Positions 1 through 8,954 are shown, numbered from the stretch's first letter. The stretch: 64,000 bases of DNA from a bacterium (GCA_965261085.1 OZ253442.1:3328001-3392000), one strand, 5' to 3'. The notes: generated from the sequence alone by a model not told the origin. Made by a program: numbers and translations.

Positions 1-12
1 TCTTTATGTACC

Positions 13-41
13 TTGATTACCGGATTCATCCATTGTAGCAT
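13..41 (+). promoter_or_regulatory. sigma70-like promoter, probably the original promoter of the ABC operon at 3254
   Basis: TTGATT-17bp-TAGCAT just left of the IS insertion site. Confidence 0.45.
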
Positions 42-65
42 CGTGCGTAAGCCATTAATTCAACT

Positions 66-73
66 GAATTATC
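66..73. repeat. 8-bp target site duplication, left copy (GAATTATC)
   Basis: Identical GAATTATC at 66-73 and 3143-3150, directly outside the inverted repeats. Confidence 0.9.
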
Positions 74-91
74 CGTGATTATGCACTTGAC
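74..91. repeat. terminal inverted repeat, element 1
   Basis: CGTGATTATGCACTTGAC vs reverse complement of 3125-3142 CGCGATTATGCACTTGAC. Confidence 0.9.
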
Positions 92-115
92 TAACCTTGG
101 CCCAACATGTAGTGT
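87..115 (+). promoter_or_regulatory. TIR-embedded promoter for passenger ORF 122 (probably leaderless)
   Basis: TTGACT-17bp-TAGTGT; the ATG at 122 begins 7 nt after the -10 and has no SD. Confidence 0.45.
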
Positions 116-121
116 CGTGGC

Positions 122-586
122 ATGTGGATACATATTCGCCTCACCCTCTGGTTTGGTTTTGCGTATGTTGTCGAAAGGGCGGCTGCCGTAATGTGGCCAG
201 AAGCGTCCATTTCTACATGGCTGACATTAGCCGCCATGTTCGTCATTGTGATTATAGTCGGTAATTATTGGCAGAGCGTCTCGGAAAAATATACTTGGAA
301 CTGGGGCCGTAAAGAACCGGATAATTTTTGGAACAACGTGGAGAAAGCAAATATCATCGCCAGAACAATCTATGCCGGAGAGAACTCTTTACTTCAATCA
401 AGGCGAACGGAAACCATCCTTACCGCACAGGAGACGATAAATGACATCCGCCAGCAAATGTCGGTGAAAGGATATATGGATATGCCTGATCCGATTGACG
501 TCGATCCTACGGGCAAGGATTGTTTGGTTGCCTTCAAGGCCTGGTACAAATACTTAAGTAAATTCCGAGCGAGACGAGGCCGATGA
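122..586 (+). CDS. hypothetical membrane protein (two N-terminal hydrophobic segments), IS passenger
   Basis: 154-aa ORF with hydrophobic N-terminus and soluble C-terminus; fills the space between TIR and the convergent lipoprotein gene. Confidence 0.65.
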   Translation: MWIHIRLTLWFGFAYVVERAAAVMWPEASISTWLTLAAMFVIVIIVGNYWQSVSEKYTWNWGRKEPDNFWNNVEKANIIARTIYAGENSLLQSRRTETILTAQETINDIRQQMSVKGYMDMPDPIDVDPTGKDCLVAFKAWYKYLSKFRARRGR

Positions 587-624
587 GAAAACGACCAATT
601 CCCCATCGGCCTCGCCCTTCACGA

Positions 625-1524
625 TTACCGCCGCGCCCCAAACGCGCCTGCTACCTCGTCGCGGATGAATACGCCACCCACTTCTTCGTGATTCGGGCCA
701 TAGAAGCGGCCCGTGAGCGAGTTGAAGCCATCACCCCGGTCTGCAAATGCAACGCCCACGGACAGATCGCCGTTATGGTCAAATGCTCCATTTCTCACGG
801 GCATATTGCTCCAAGACATGCTGGCTCGCCTCTCGTTCGTCGTTTGGTCAACGAGATTCGTGAACGAGACGCTGGCCGATGGATTGCTGAAATTGCTGAT
901 GCCGACCATGGCGTCGCCGATAATGACGTTGCCCTTGTCGTCCGTCTCGCTCGCATCGACACCAACGACGGCCCCGCGCCAAGTCGCGCTACCGGATATG
1001 GGGTTCGTGCCGGTCGCGTTTCCGACCGAGAATACGTCCGCGAAAACCTGCTCGGAAGGGTCGAGCGGATCATTGTCCATGGGATTCCATACGGCGAGAA
1101 GAAAGAAGCTGTGATCCATCCATCCGCCATAATCGAAGGCGTTTCCGGTGACGCCCCTGCTATGGGTTCCGGCCAGGGGGACTTCATGTCGGGTTTCGAG
1201 GCGTTGAAGGGCGCCGCCGCGCCGAGTCATGTCCGAGAGGTCAAGGTTCGTGGGAGTGGGCTGGGTTATTCTGGTGCTCCAGATATCCGCATTGATCGTG
1301 TTGGATTTGATCACGACGGTGGAAGCGTCGATCAGGCCATTCATGATTTCTCTCACCGCCCGAGGTTCAGGAGCAGGAGCGACTGGTGGTTGCTGTGGAG
1401 GCTCTCCGCCACCGGGCATTACCGGTGGAGTGGCTGGAACAGGAACACTCGATTTCTTGCCTCCACCACCACAACCTGCAATCAGAATTGCTACGAAGAG
1501 GCTCAGTACGATGTTCTTGATCAT
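625..1524 (-). CDS. surface lipoprotein with transferrin-binding-protein-like (TbpB-type) beta-barrel, IS passenger
   Basis: Lipobox IAGC-GGGG, Pro-rich linker, SATWRG and C-terminal GRFYGPNHEEVGGVF...GAFGA motifs. Confidence 0.75.
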   Translation of the reverse strand: MIKNIVLSLFVAILIAGCGGGGKKSSVPVPATPPVMPGGGEPPQQPPVAPAPEPRAVREIMNGLIDASTVVIKSNTINADIWSTRITQPTPTNLDLSDMTRRGGALQRLETRHEVPLAGTHSRGVTGNAFDYGGWMDHSFFLLAVWNPMDNDPLDPSEQVFADVFSVGNATGTNPISGSATWRGAVVGVDASETDDKGNVIIGDAMVGISNFSNPSASVSFTNLVDQTTNERRASMSWSNMPVRNGAFDHNGDLSVGVAFADRGDGFNSLTGRFYGPNHEEVGGVFIRDEVAGAFGARR

Positions 1525-1577
1525 GGAAGTATCCACCTCTATGGCGATATCCCGACCTCCCAGCGAGGCCGGGCCTT

Positions 1578-1709
1578 ATCACCATCACAGAGAAAAGTGA
1601 AGTCCCGCCTATTCACCTTTTGTCCGGGTAGCGAACCCGGAATCGGTGCAAGGCTGTTGTATTCAGCGAGCGACCCGACTCAGAAAGCAGGTCCCTCTGC
1701 GATGGTGAT
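1578..1709 (-). ncRNA. candidate structured leader RNA (closed multibranch) upstream of the lipoprotein gene
   Basis: 15-bp closing stem (1709-1695 with 1592-1578; one G-U pair on minus strand only), three internal hairpins, promoter directly upstream. Confidence 0.55.
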
Positions 1710-1715
1710 GAATGG

Positions 1716-1745
1716 AGTGTGCCGCGTTTTATCCGGTAACGTCAA
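1716..1745 (-). promoter_or_regulatory. sigma70-like promoter for the leader RNA and lipoprotein
   Basis: TTGACG-18bp-CACACT; predicted start ~1709 is the first base of the closing stem. Confidence 0.45.
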
Positions 1746-1783
1746 GGAGAATGTTCAAAAAGGGGTGTTCAAATATATATTCA

Positions 1784-1849
1784 ATGGGTGGCCCCACCCG
1801 CACCACTTCTGGGGAGAAATGGTGATTCCTGGCGAGTGGGGCCACCTAT
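1784..1849. repeat. long inverted repeat/hairpin in the IS interior
   Basis: GGTGGCCCCAC (1787-1797) / GTGGGGCCACC (1836-1846) enclosing CACCA-TTCT/AGAA-TGGTG. Confidence 0.6.
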
Positions 1850-1939
1850 CAGATTCTTTGCTGCGGCTACAATGGGGTCATCGCGCCTCATTCACATCAC
1901 CCCCTCTCGGATCGGGCGGGATAGACGCACTTTCCCTGC

Positions 1940-2037
1940 TTGACAAAGGTGCTCGGTATTTTGTAGGGTGGGGTTATTCGGATTTTTCACCCTTCAAGTC
2001 CCGAGCCGCCAGCGCCAACTGGCGGTTTACCTTTTCT
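1940..2037 (+). ncRNA. candidate small counter-transcribed RNA with its promoter
   Basis: TTGACA-18bp-TAGGGT, then hairpin GAGCCGCCAG-CGCCAA-CTGGCGGTTT (G-U pairs on plus strand) and a T-rich tail. Confidence 0.4.
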
Positions 2038-2043
2038 GGCAGT

Positions 2044-2931
2044 CTACGCTACCAGCTTCTTGTACTCAAGAGGTTTCGTGTTCACGATTCGCTTGAGCGT
2101 GTCGTTGAAAATGTAGTGGTTCTTGCGGTTGTTGTATCGCCATTCAAGCTCATCGAGATAGCGATCCATGTGCTTGACGCTCATCTTGTGGAACGCGCCC
2201 GTGAGCGAACGCTTGAACAGCGACCACACGCCCTCGATGCTGTTCGTATGGACATCACCCACGACCCATTCTTCCTCGGAGTGGTTCACGGTTTCATGGC
2301 GCGTGTCGCTGTCCTCAATGCCGATATAGGATTTGAGTTCATCCGTGTAAATGGCTTCGGCCTCATCCCGGATGGTGCGCTGGATGAAGTCGTGGAGCGT
2401 GTTCTTCTTGATGTTCGGAATTCGCTCAAGACGCACCTTGCCGCCGCGCTGGATGGCTCCCGCGACCCATTGCTTGTTCTTCTTGTAGCCCTTGCCTTTG
2501 CCCTTCGCCTTGCCGCCCACGAGCGTTTCATCGACTTCCACGACGCCCACAAGGGTGGGGCCGGAAAAAGGCTCGTTTCCCATGGCCTCGCGGATGCGGT
2601 GGCACAGGTACCACGCCGTGCGATAGGCCACGCCAAGCGTTCTCTGCATCTGGCAAGCGGAGATACCCTTCTTGGATTCACACATGAGATAGATGGCGAG
2701 AAACCACTTACGCAGGGGCAGGTGGGAATCATGCATAATGGTGCCCGATGTAACGCTGAACTGGTAATCACAGGACTTACACTTCCAGCGGTTGTGTTTT
2801 TCCAAATCCAGCACGTCCATATCGCCGCACCTGGTGCAACACACACCCGCAGGCCAGCGAATATCCTGCAACATCTTGCGGCAGGTATCATCGCAGTTGA
2901 ACTTATCAATCAAGTGCATGAGGTTCACCAT
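2044..2931 (-). CDS. tnp: IS1595-family transposase
   Basis: RWPAG..CTRC..CKSC..FSVTSGT Zn ribbon, EVDET, YTDE, VNHS, HTNSIEG.WSLFKR motifs; SD AGGAGG. Confidence 0.95.
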   Translation of the reverse strand: MVNLMHLIDKFNCDDTCRKMLQDIRWPAGVCCTRCGDMDVLDLEKHNRWKCKSCDYQFSVTSGTIMHDSHLPLRKWFLAIYLMCESKKGISACQMQRTLGVAYRTAWYLCHRIREAMGNEPFSGPTLVGVVEVDETLVGGKAKGKGKGYKKNKQWVAGAIQRGGKVRLERIPNIKKNTLHDFIQRTIRDEAEAIYTDELKSYIGIEDSDTRHETVNHSEEEWVVGDVHTNSIEGVWSLFKRSLTGAFHKMSVKHMDRYLDELEWRYNNRKNHYIFNDTLKRIVNTKPLEYKKLVA

Positions 2932-3097
2932 GGCTCAAAAGCCTCCTGGTAAGGGAAAACTCCCGAAGGACGCGCTCAAGCGGCCTGGGCGCGAACTCAT
3001 GGAGCATATATTCGGAACCACGATCATGAAAGAGGTGGACAAACTGACGCCCGACAAATCAAAAGACGATGAAAGTGATGATGAGGTATCCATATGA
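2930..3097 (+). CDS. small 55-aa ORF divergent from the transposase, start codons overlapping in CATG
   Basis: SD GAGGT; MAQKPPGKGKLPKDALKRPGRELMEHIFG... Confidence 0.45.
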   Translation: MAQKPPGKGKLPKDALKRPGRELMEHIFGTTIMKEVDKLTPDKSKDDESDDEVSI

Positions 3098-3100
3098 GGA

Positions 3101-3129
3101 AATATACATCTTGTGGCTCAGTTTGTCAA
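3101..3129 (-). promoter_or_regulatory. transposase promoter with -35 inside the TIR
   Basis: TTGACA-17bp-TATATT. Confidence 0.65.
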
Positions 3130-3142
3130 GTGCATAATCGCG
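3125..3142. repeat. terminal inverted repeat, element 1
   Basis: GTCAAGTGCATAATCGCG. Confidence 0.9.
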
Positions 3143-3150
3143 GAATTATC
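3143..3150. repeat. 8-bp target site duplication, right copy
   Basis: GAATTATC identical to 66-73. Confidence 0.9.
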
Positions 3151-3253
3151 TGCTTGTTCCTTGAACGCTGCGCAGAGGGGGGAAAGCCTTGAAGTTTCTT
3201 CCCGTTTTAGAGGGTATTTGTCCCATCGGCGCTCATGAATAGGGGGAGTTGAA

Positions 3254-4237
3254 ATGAAGAAATTCCTTATGCTCGCGGCGATTTCAGCAACGGTGTTCTT
3301 GTTTTCATCTGAGGCGTACGCGGCATACAACATCAGGTTGTCCACGAATCGAAGCCCTCAGGCGGTCGTAAATGAAGTGGCGGAACAGAGGGGGTTTTTC
3401 AAGGAGCAGGGGGTCAACGTCAAGGTCTTCGCGGAGAGTTCGGGGAGCGCTTCCCTGCAGGCCGTCGTAGGCGGTTCCGCCGAAATGGGCGTCGGTCTGC
3501 ATGTTCGCGTCCTTCAGGGGCTCGCCAAAAAGCTCCCTCTCTGCGTCATCGGAATGGTCCAATACGGCCTCACTTCCAAAATCGTCGTTCCGGTCCGGGA
3601 CAAGACGTCCAAGTCGCTGGCGGATCTCAAAGGCAAGCGCCTGGCGGTCCAGATGGGATCGGGCACCTACACGGCCTGGCGGATTCTGCTCAAATACCAG
3701 GGGTTGAAGGAAAAGGATTTCGTCCTCAAGAACATGAAGACGAGGCTCATCCCCGCCACGTTCGAGTCCGGCTCGATCGACGTCGCCGTGGCGTGGGAAC
3801 CCTATGCCTCGATCCTGGTCTCCAAGGGGCTCGCTCGCGTCCTGGTTTCCAACGAAAAGTGGTCGAAGCTGGGAAAGATTGTGTATCCCGTTTTTCTGTA
3901 CGCCAATTGCGGCTGGGTGAAAAAGAACAAAGAAGCCACCCAGCGATTCGTGAACGCCTGGCTCAAGGCGATTAAATTCATCAACTCCAACCCCGAGGAA
4001 TCGGTCGACATCCTGGCAAAAGCCTATAAGGGATGGGGGCTGAAAATTCCGAGAGCCAAGATCAAGGCGGGCATCTATGTCGCCGATTATGACAAGCTGA
4101 CGGTTGACGACGACGTCATGAACGACGTCAACAATTTCGCGCAGATCATGCACGAAATAAAAAAGATCAAGTTCATTCCCGATTTCAAGAAAGCACTGAT
4201 GCTTGAATTCACCAACAAGGCGCTTTCGAAAAATTAG
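3254..4237 (+). CDS. NitT/TauT (SsuA/THI5-like) ABC substrate-binding protein
   Basis: Signal peptide; GFFKEQG, LADLKGKR, G.ID...WEP motifs. Confidence 0.85.
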   Translation: MKKFLMLAAISATVFLFSSEAYAAYNIRLSTNRSPQAVVNEVAEQRGFFKEQGVNVKVFAESSGSASLQAVVGGSAEMGVGLHVRVLQGLAKKLPLCVIGMVQYGLTSKIVVPVRDKTSKSLADLKGKRLAVQMGSGTYTAWRILLKYQGLKEKDFVLKNMKTRLIPATFESGSIDVAVAWEPYASILVSKGLARVLVSNEKWSKLGKIVYPVFLYANCGWVKKNKEATQRFVNAWLKAIKFINSNPEESVDILAKAYKGWGLKIPRAKIKAGIYVADYDKLTVDDDVMNDVNNFAQIMHEIKKIKFIPDFKKALMLEFTNKALSKN

Positions 4238-4392
4238 GGGGACCTTGAATACGCCGTCCGGGGTCCGCAGGGGGAGCGACGGCTCCCTCGGCGGATCGGG
4301 CGTTTGTCGGCGGCCCCGGCCGATTTCTTTCGAGCCTTCAGAGTCGGTCAAAGAGCGTCTCTTTGATGCTACGAAAGAAAAACGTGCAAGAT

Positions 4393-5240
4393 ATGGCTAA
4401 ACTCCTGGTCCAGAATCTGAACAAATCCTATATCATCAATGAAGGCTTCGGTAAGCGCTCTCGCGTCCACGCCCTCCGGGACCTCAATCTCGAAGTGAAC
4501 GAAGGCGAGTTTGTCACCGTCATCGGCCCCAGCGGCTGCGGCAAGTCCACCTTTTTGATGGTGGTGGCCGGAATCCATCCATTCGACTCCGGGGTCCTTC
4601 TTCTCGACGGCCGGCCCATCAGCGAACCCGGCCTTGACCGGGGCGTCGTGTTTCAGGATTTTGCGCTCTTCTCCTGGATGACGGTTCGCGACAACGTCAA
4701 ATTCGGACTTTCGATGAAAGGGATGCCCAGGAGGAGCAGCACCGGATTTCGGAACACTATCTCCGCCTCGTCAATCTCCAGGAATTCGCCGACGTGTTCC
4801 CCCATCGCCTCTCGGGCGGGATGAAACAGCGAGTGGGCATCGCGCGGGCGATGGCGACAGAACCCGAAATCCTGTTGATGGACGAGCCGTTCGGCTCTCT
4901 GGACGCCCAGACCCGCAAGAGCCTTCAGATTCAGTTGCTCGACATCTGGCGGGAGACGAAAAAAACCATCGTCTTCATCACGCACAGCGTCCGCGAGGCG
5001 GTGTTCCTTTCGCAAAAAGTGGTGGTTTTGAGCGCTCGCCCGGGCAAGGTGGTGGAGACGATTCTGATAGACCTCACCTATGAAGAGCGCATTTCGCTTT
5101 CCGATCCTTTGATGGAGCATGAGCGCCGCCTGGAAAACCTCATCGAACAGCAAATCAAGGGCGATTTGTCGATGCGACCGATTCAGAAGCCGCCGCTTCC
5201 GAAATCTCCCGGCATTTTGGAGCAGGATATGCTGGAATGA
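4393..5240 (+). pseudogene. NitT/TauT ABC ATPase with a 1-nt frameshift near 4730
   Basis: Walker A GPSGCGKST in one frame; LSGGMKQ and LLMDEPF in another; one added base at CCCAGGAGG restores a continuous protein. May be a sequencing error. Confidence 0.8.
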
Positions 5241-5309
5241 ATTCCTGCGGGGGAACGTCCCGGCTCGACGTATGTGACGCCGCATAAAAGATGAACACGG
5301 GAGGGCAAA

Positions 5310-6152
5310 ATGGTTCACTCCGATGCGCTTATGGATACCGAAGCCGTTGAAATCATCGATCCGGGCAAGGGGAAGTGGGCGTACTACATCTTAACGGCAT
5401 GGGAGAATACATGGCCGCTGCTTTGCCTGTTCGTCCTTTGGGAACTCGTGGCGCGCTCGGGGATCATTCACGAGGCGCTTTTCCCCACGGTGACGCAGGT
5501 CGCCCAGACCATCGTGCACATCTTCAACGAAGGGATCCTGATGAAGGACATTACCGCGTCCCTGAGCCGCGTTCTCATTGGCGGATTCATCGCCTGCCTG
5601 ATTGGCACCGTCTTCGGCCTCATCATGGGAACGAACCGTTTCGCGGAAAAAATCATTGTCCCTCCCCTGAATTTTTTCCTCTCGATTCCAGGGATCGCCA
5701 CCTTTCCCATCGTCATACTCTTCCTCGGCCTTACCGAAACAACCCTCATCGTGACCCTCGGATTCGAGGCCGGCCTGACCGTTCTGGTGAACACCTGGAT
5801 GGGTGTGAAATCCGTACCGCCCAACATGCTGTACGCAGGGCGTGTTCTCGGGGCCAGGGGATGGCCGTTTTTCCGGCGCGTTCTTTTTCCCGCGGCTCTT
5901 CCTTCCATCATCACGGGCTATCGACTGGGATTTTCCCGGGCCTGGCGGATACTGGTTGGAGGCGAATTGCTCGTTTCCATCGGGACGGGACTCGGCTACC
6001 GGATATTTCTGGCCCAGGATTTTCTCCAGATCGACGTCATGTATGCAGGCGTATTGCTTATCGGCGTGTTCGGCTTCCTGCTCGAGCGTGTCGTGCTCCG
6101 TTCGTTGGAAGTTTATACGGTTCAGCGTTGGGGGATGATCCGGGAGCTTTGA
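5310..6152 (+). CDS. NitT/TauT ABC permease (SsuC-like)
   Basis: Multiple TM segments, EAA-like loop, AWRILVGGE..GLG. Confidence 0.88.
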   Translation: MVHSDALMDTEAVEIIDPGKGKWAYYILTAWENTWPLLCLFVLWELVARSGIIHEALFPTVTQVAQTIVHIFNEGILMKDITASLSRVLIGGFIACLIGTVFGLIMGTNRFAEKIIVPPLNFFLSIPGIATFPIVILFLGLTETTLIVTLGFEAGLTVLVNTWMGVKSVPPNMLYAGRVLGARGWPFFRRVLFPAALPSIITGYRLGFSRAWRILVGGELLVSIGTGLGYRIFLAQDFLQIDVMYAGVLLIGVFGFLLERVVLRSLEVYTVQRWGMIREL

Positions 6153-6291
6153 TGCCATGGAGCATCTTTGCGACAGCGCGTGCGAGAGAACCTGATTCCG
6201 TATGTATGCGGGAGGACCCGGAGCGAAGCCGTTGACCAATGAAGCCGGGGCTTATCCGGCGTGAACGATTCAGTGAAGAGGAGAAAATCCC

Positions 6292-6717
6292 ATGATTGAC
6301 GGCATCAAGGAAGTTCATCCGAAACCCGAGGAAAGGCAGAACATGCCCTACGCCCCGGCGATTCACGTCGAGGGCGGATGCGATATCCTCTTTCTATCGG
6401 GGTCGACGACGTCCCCTCTCTACCATCAGCATCCCCACGTGCCGGAGGAGCATGTTTTGCCGCATGACATCAAAGAGCAGACCCGGCGCGTAATGGATAA
6501 CATCAAGATGGTTCTCGATGCGCGGGGCCTGACCTGGCGCAACGTCGTGAAGGTGACCAAATACTTTACCGACAACCGTGAGAGAGACGACGTAAACGCG
6601 GTGCTGAGGGAGTATTTCGGGGACTGGAAACCGGCGAGCACGGGACTGTGCGTCCAGGGGTTGAGCGCTCCGGGCGCCCGCCTGGAACTCGACATGATCG
6701 CCGTCGTTCCGAAATAA
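6292..6717 (+). CDS. RidA/YjgF/UK114 family protein
   Basis: LFLSG, EQTRRVMDNI, PAST, LELD motifs. Confidence 0.85.
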   Translation: MIDGIKEVHPKPEERQNMPYAPAIHVEGGCDILFLSGSTTSPLYHQHPHVPEEHVLPHDIKEQTRRVMDNIKMVLDARGLTWRNVVKVTKYFTDNRERDDVNAVLREYFGDWKPASTGLCVQGLSAPGARLELDMIAVVPK

Positions 6718-6933
6718 TAGTTTTTCGCGAAATTCGCATTTCTGGTGAACTCCTACGGAATTTTTACGCCTGAATTTGCAGCGGTAAGTGTGAATGCAGA
6801 GCGCGGAACAGTGGACTCGAACGCTGCGTCCCGACCTCGATCGCGCTTATGGCTCACTCAAATGAACCAATGCCCGGTGAAATTTGGGTCTCTCATAAAT
6901 CCGATACCAGGAAAAGCTGCCAACTGCCAAGAG

Positions 6934-8436
6934 TCAATTCGCTTCATTTTCCTGAGATGAAGGCTTTGATTCTTGGGTTTCCCGATAAATGGCCCACCCC
7001 AGGGAAACCACCGTGATCAAAAGGAACGCCGCGCTGAGCGGACTCTCTATGAATATCCAGAAACTTCCCTCCGAAAGAATGAGCGCACGCCTTAGCGAAG
7101 TTTCGACCATGTAACCCAGAACCAGCGCGATCACCATCGGAAGCAGGGGAAACTTGAACTTCCTCAAGATGTAACCGAAAAATCCCACGATCAGCATCAC
7201 GACTACATCTCCGATACTTCCATTGATGCTGTACGCCCCGACGAAACTTACGCCGAAGATAAGCGGGGCCAATATCTGCGGGGGGATTTGAACCACCCTG
7301 AGCCAAAATTTGATTCCCATCAATCCCACGGCCAGCATGACGATATTGGCCACGAACAGGACGGAGAAAATACCATAGATGATGTCCGGCCTTTGGTTGA
7401 AAAGGAACGGGCCGGGGGTCAGGTTCTGGAGCATAAGAGCGCCCAAAAGGACGGCGGTTGTCCCCGAGCCTGGAACTCCAAGAGTCAACAGAGGGACGAG
7501 CGCTCCTCCCACCGTCGCGTTGTTGGCCGATTCGCAAGCGACGACACCCTCGATGGAGCCATGGCCGTATTCTTCTGGATTTTTTGAGGTTCTTTTCGCT
7601 TCGTTATAGGCGATGATGCTGCCAATGGAGGCGCCGGCCCCAGGCACGATACCCACCAGCGTCCCAATCAAGCTGGATCGAAGCATACATTTCCAATACC
7701 CGACTATTTCTTTCCATTTCATTCTTTCAGAGGAAAACGAACCTCCCGTGAACCGGCTCCCCTCTCCCTTTTCGATCACGAAAAAGATTTCCGATATGGC
7801 GAATAACCCGAGCATCACCGGGAGAAAACCGATCCCGTCGTACAAAAACGTGAGATCGAACGTAAATCGCTCACTCCCGGTAAGCGGGTCCGTACCTACC
7901 GTTTTGATCAGGAGACCGATGAATGCAATGAGAAGTCCTTTCAGCCAAAATCCGCCCGTCAAGCTTGCGATGACGGAAAGGCCGAAGACACCCAAGCTGA
8001 AATACTCCACCGGACCGAACGCGATCGCGAATTCGGCGAGTGGAATGGAAAACAGGATCAAGATAATCGTGCTGAAGATTCCCCCGAAGGTCGAAGAGGT
8101 GATCGAAGCGCTCAAGGCCCTGCCGGTTTGCCCTTTTCGAGTCAGGGGATAGCCGTCCACCGTGGTCATCGCGGCTGCGGGGGTCCCCGGCGTAGCAATG
8201 GTGATTGCGGTGATGGAGCCACCGTATTCCGCGGCGGTGTACAGGGAAATGAGAAGCGCAAGGCCGACAATGGGCGGAAGCGTGTAGGTGAAGGGCACCA
8301 TCAAGGCAACGCCGGTGACGGCGTTCAGCCCCGGCATCGCTCCTACACAGATTCCCATGAGAACCCCGGCGGCAATAGCCACAAGGACATCCATTTGAGC
8401 CAACTGAGCAGCTCCGACGAGCCAATTCTCAAGCAT
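6934..8436 (-). CDS. tctA: tripartite tricarboxylate transporter large permease
   Basis: GAMPGL, YGGSI, PGTP, ESANNA, LTLGVPGS motifs. Confidence 0.92.
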   Translation of the reverse strand: MLENWLVGAAQLAQMDVLVAIAAGVLMGICVGAMPGLNAVTGVALMVPFTYTLPPIVGLALLISLYTAAEYGGSITAITIATPGTPAAAMTTVDGYPLTRKGQTGRALSASITSSTFGGIFSTIILILFSIPLAEFAIAFGPVEYFSLGVFGLSVIASLTGGFWLKGLLIAFIGLLIKTVGTDPLTGSERFTFDLTFLYDGIGFLPVMLGLFAISEIFFVIEKGEGSRFTGGSFSSERMKWKEIVGYWKCMLRSSLIGTLVGIVPGAGASIGSIIAYNEAKRTSKNPEEYGHGSIEGVVACESANNATVGGALVPLLTLGVPGSGTTAVLLGALMLQNLTPGPFLFNQRPDIIYGIFSVLFVANIVMLAVGLMGIKFWLRVVQIPPQILAPLIFGVSFVGAYSINGSIGDVVVMLIVGFFGYILRKFKFPLLPMVIALVLGYMVETSLRRALILSEGSFWIFIESPLSAAFLLITVVSLGWAIYRETQESKPSSQENEAN

Positions 8437-8477
8437 CCGCGCTCTCTTCGGTTTGCCTGGCGGCCATCGGTTTCACC

Positions 8478-8954
8478 TCAGCCCAACAGGGAGGGGAGAA
8501 ACTCTTGGGGAAGCTGGAGTTGCAATAGCCGGATGAAAAAGAAATACACGAAAATGACGAATCCCGTAGCGACCATGGCTCCAGTTGTCAAGGAAACGCG
8601 CAACGCAACCAAAAAAGCCGTCAGGCCAATCCAGATGGAAGGGATAAACCCCAACTCTTCAAAAGAAATGACCTGAAAGGCCATCGCTCCCATGCAAAGC
8701 GCCATGGTCGTGCTTCGCCCCCATGTAACATCTTCAACATGTTTCTTGGGAGACAAGTTGCGACAAATCAGTAAAGCCGCGCAGATGGCTATTCCCACGG
8801 CCAAAAGCCTTGGGTAATAGGACGGGCTGAGCGTTTTATTGCCGACCAGCGTAGAGCCCATCTCAAAATTACCTGAGATGACCCAAACGGCTACACAGAC
8901 GACCAGCAAAGTCACGCCGATCAGGATTTCACCAATTCGCATACTGACTCGCAT
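8478..8954 (-). CDS. tctB: tripartite tricarboxylate transporter small subunit
   Basis: Four TM segments, SP..YP, LGF, L.LP; lies between tctC and tctA. Confidence 0.8.
   Translation of the reverse strand: MRVSMRIGEILIGVTLLVVCVAVWVISGNFEMGSTLVGNKTLSPSYYPRLLAVGIAICAALLICRNLSPKKHVEDVTWGRSTTMALCMGAMAFQVISFEELGFIPSIWIGLTAFLVALRVSLTTGAMVATGFVIFVYFFFIRLLQLQLPQEFLPSLLG

Larger units (their letters stand above)
74..3142 (-). mobile_element. IS1595-family insertion sequence with passenger genes (element 1, 3069 bp)
   Basis: 18-bp terminal inverted repeats (17/18 match), 8-bp TSD typical of IS1595, intact Zn-ribbon plus DDE-type transposase. Confidence 0.92.

Noticed and set aside
583-2952. 789-aa plus-strand ORF spanning most of element 1
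   Set aside because: Antisense shadow of the lipoprotein and transposase genes; no SD or coherent domain. That it stays open across the non-coding interior is curious but is not evidence of coding.
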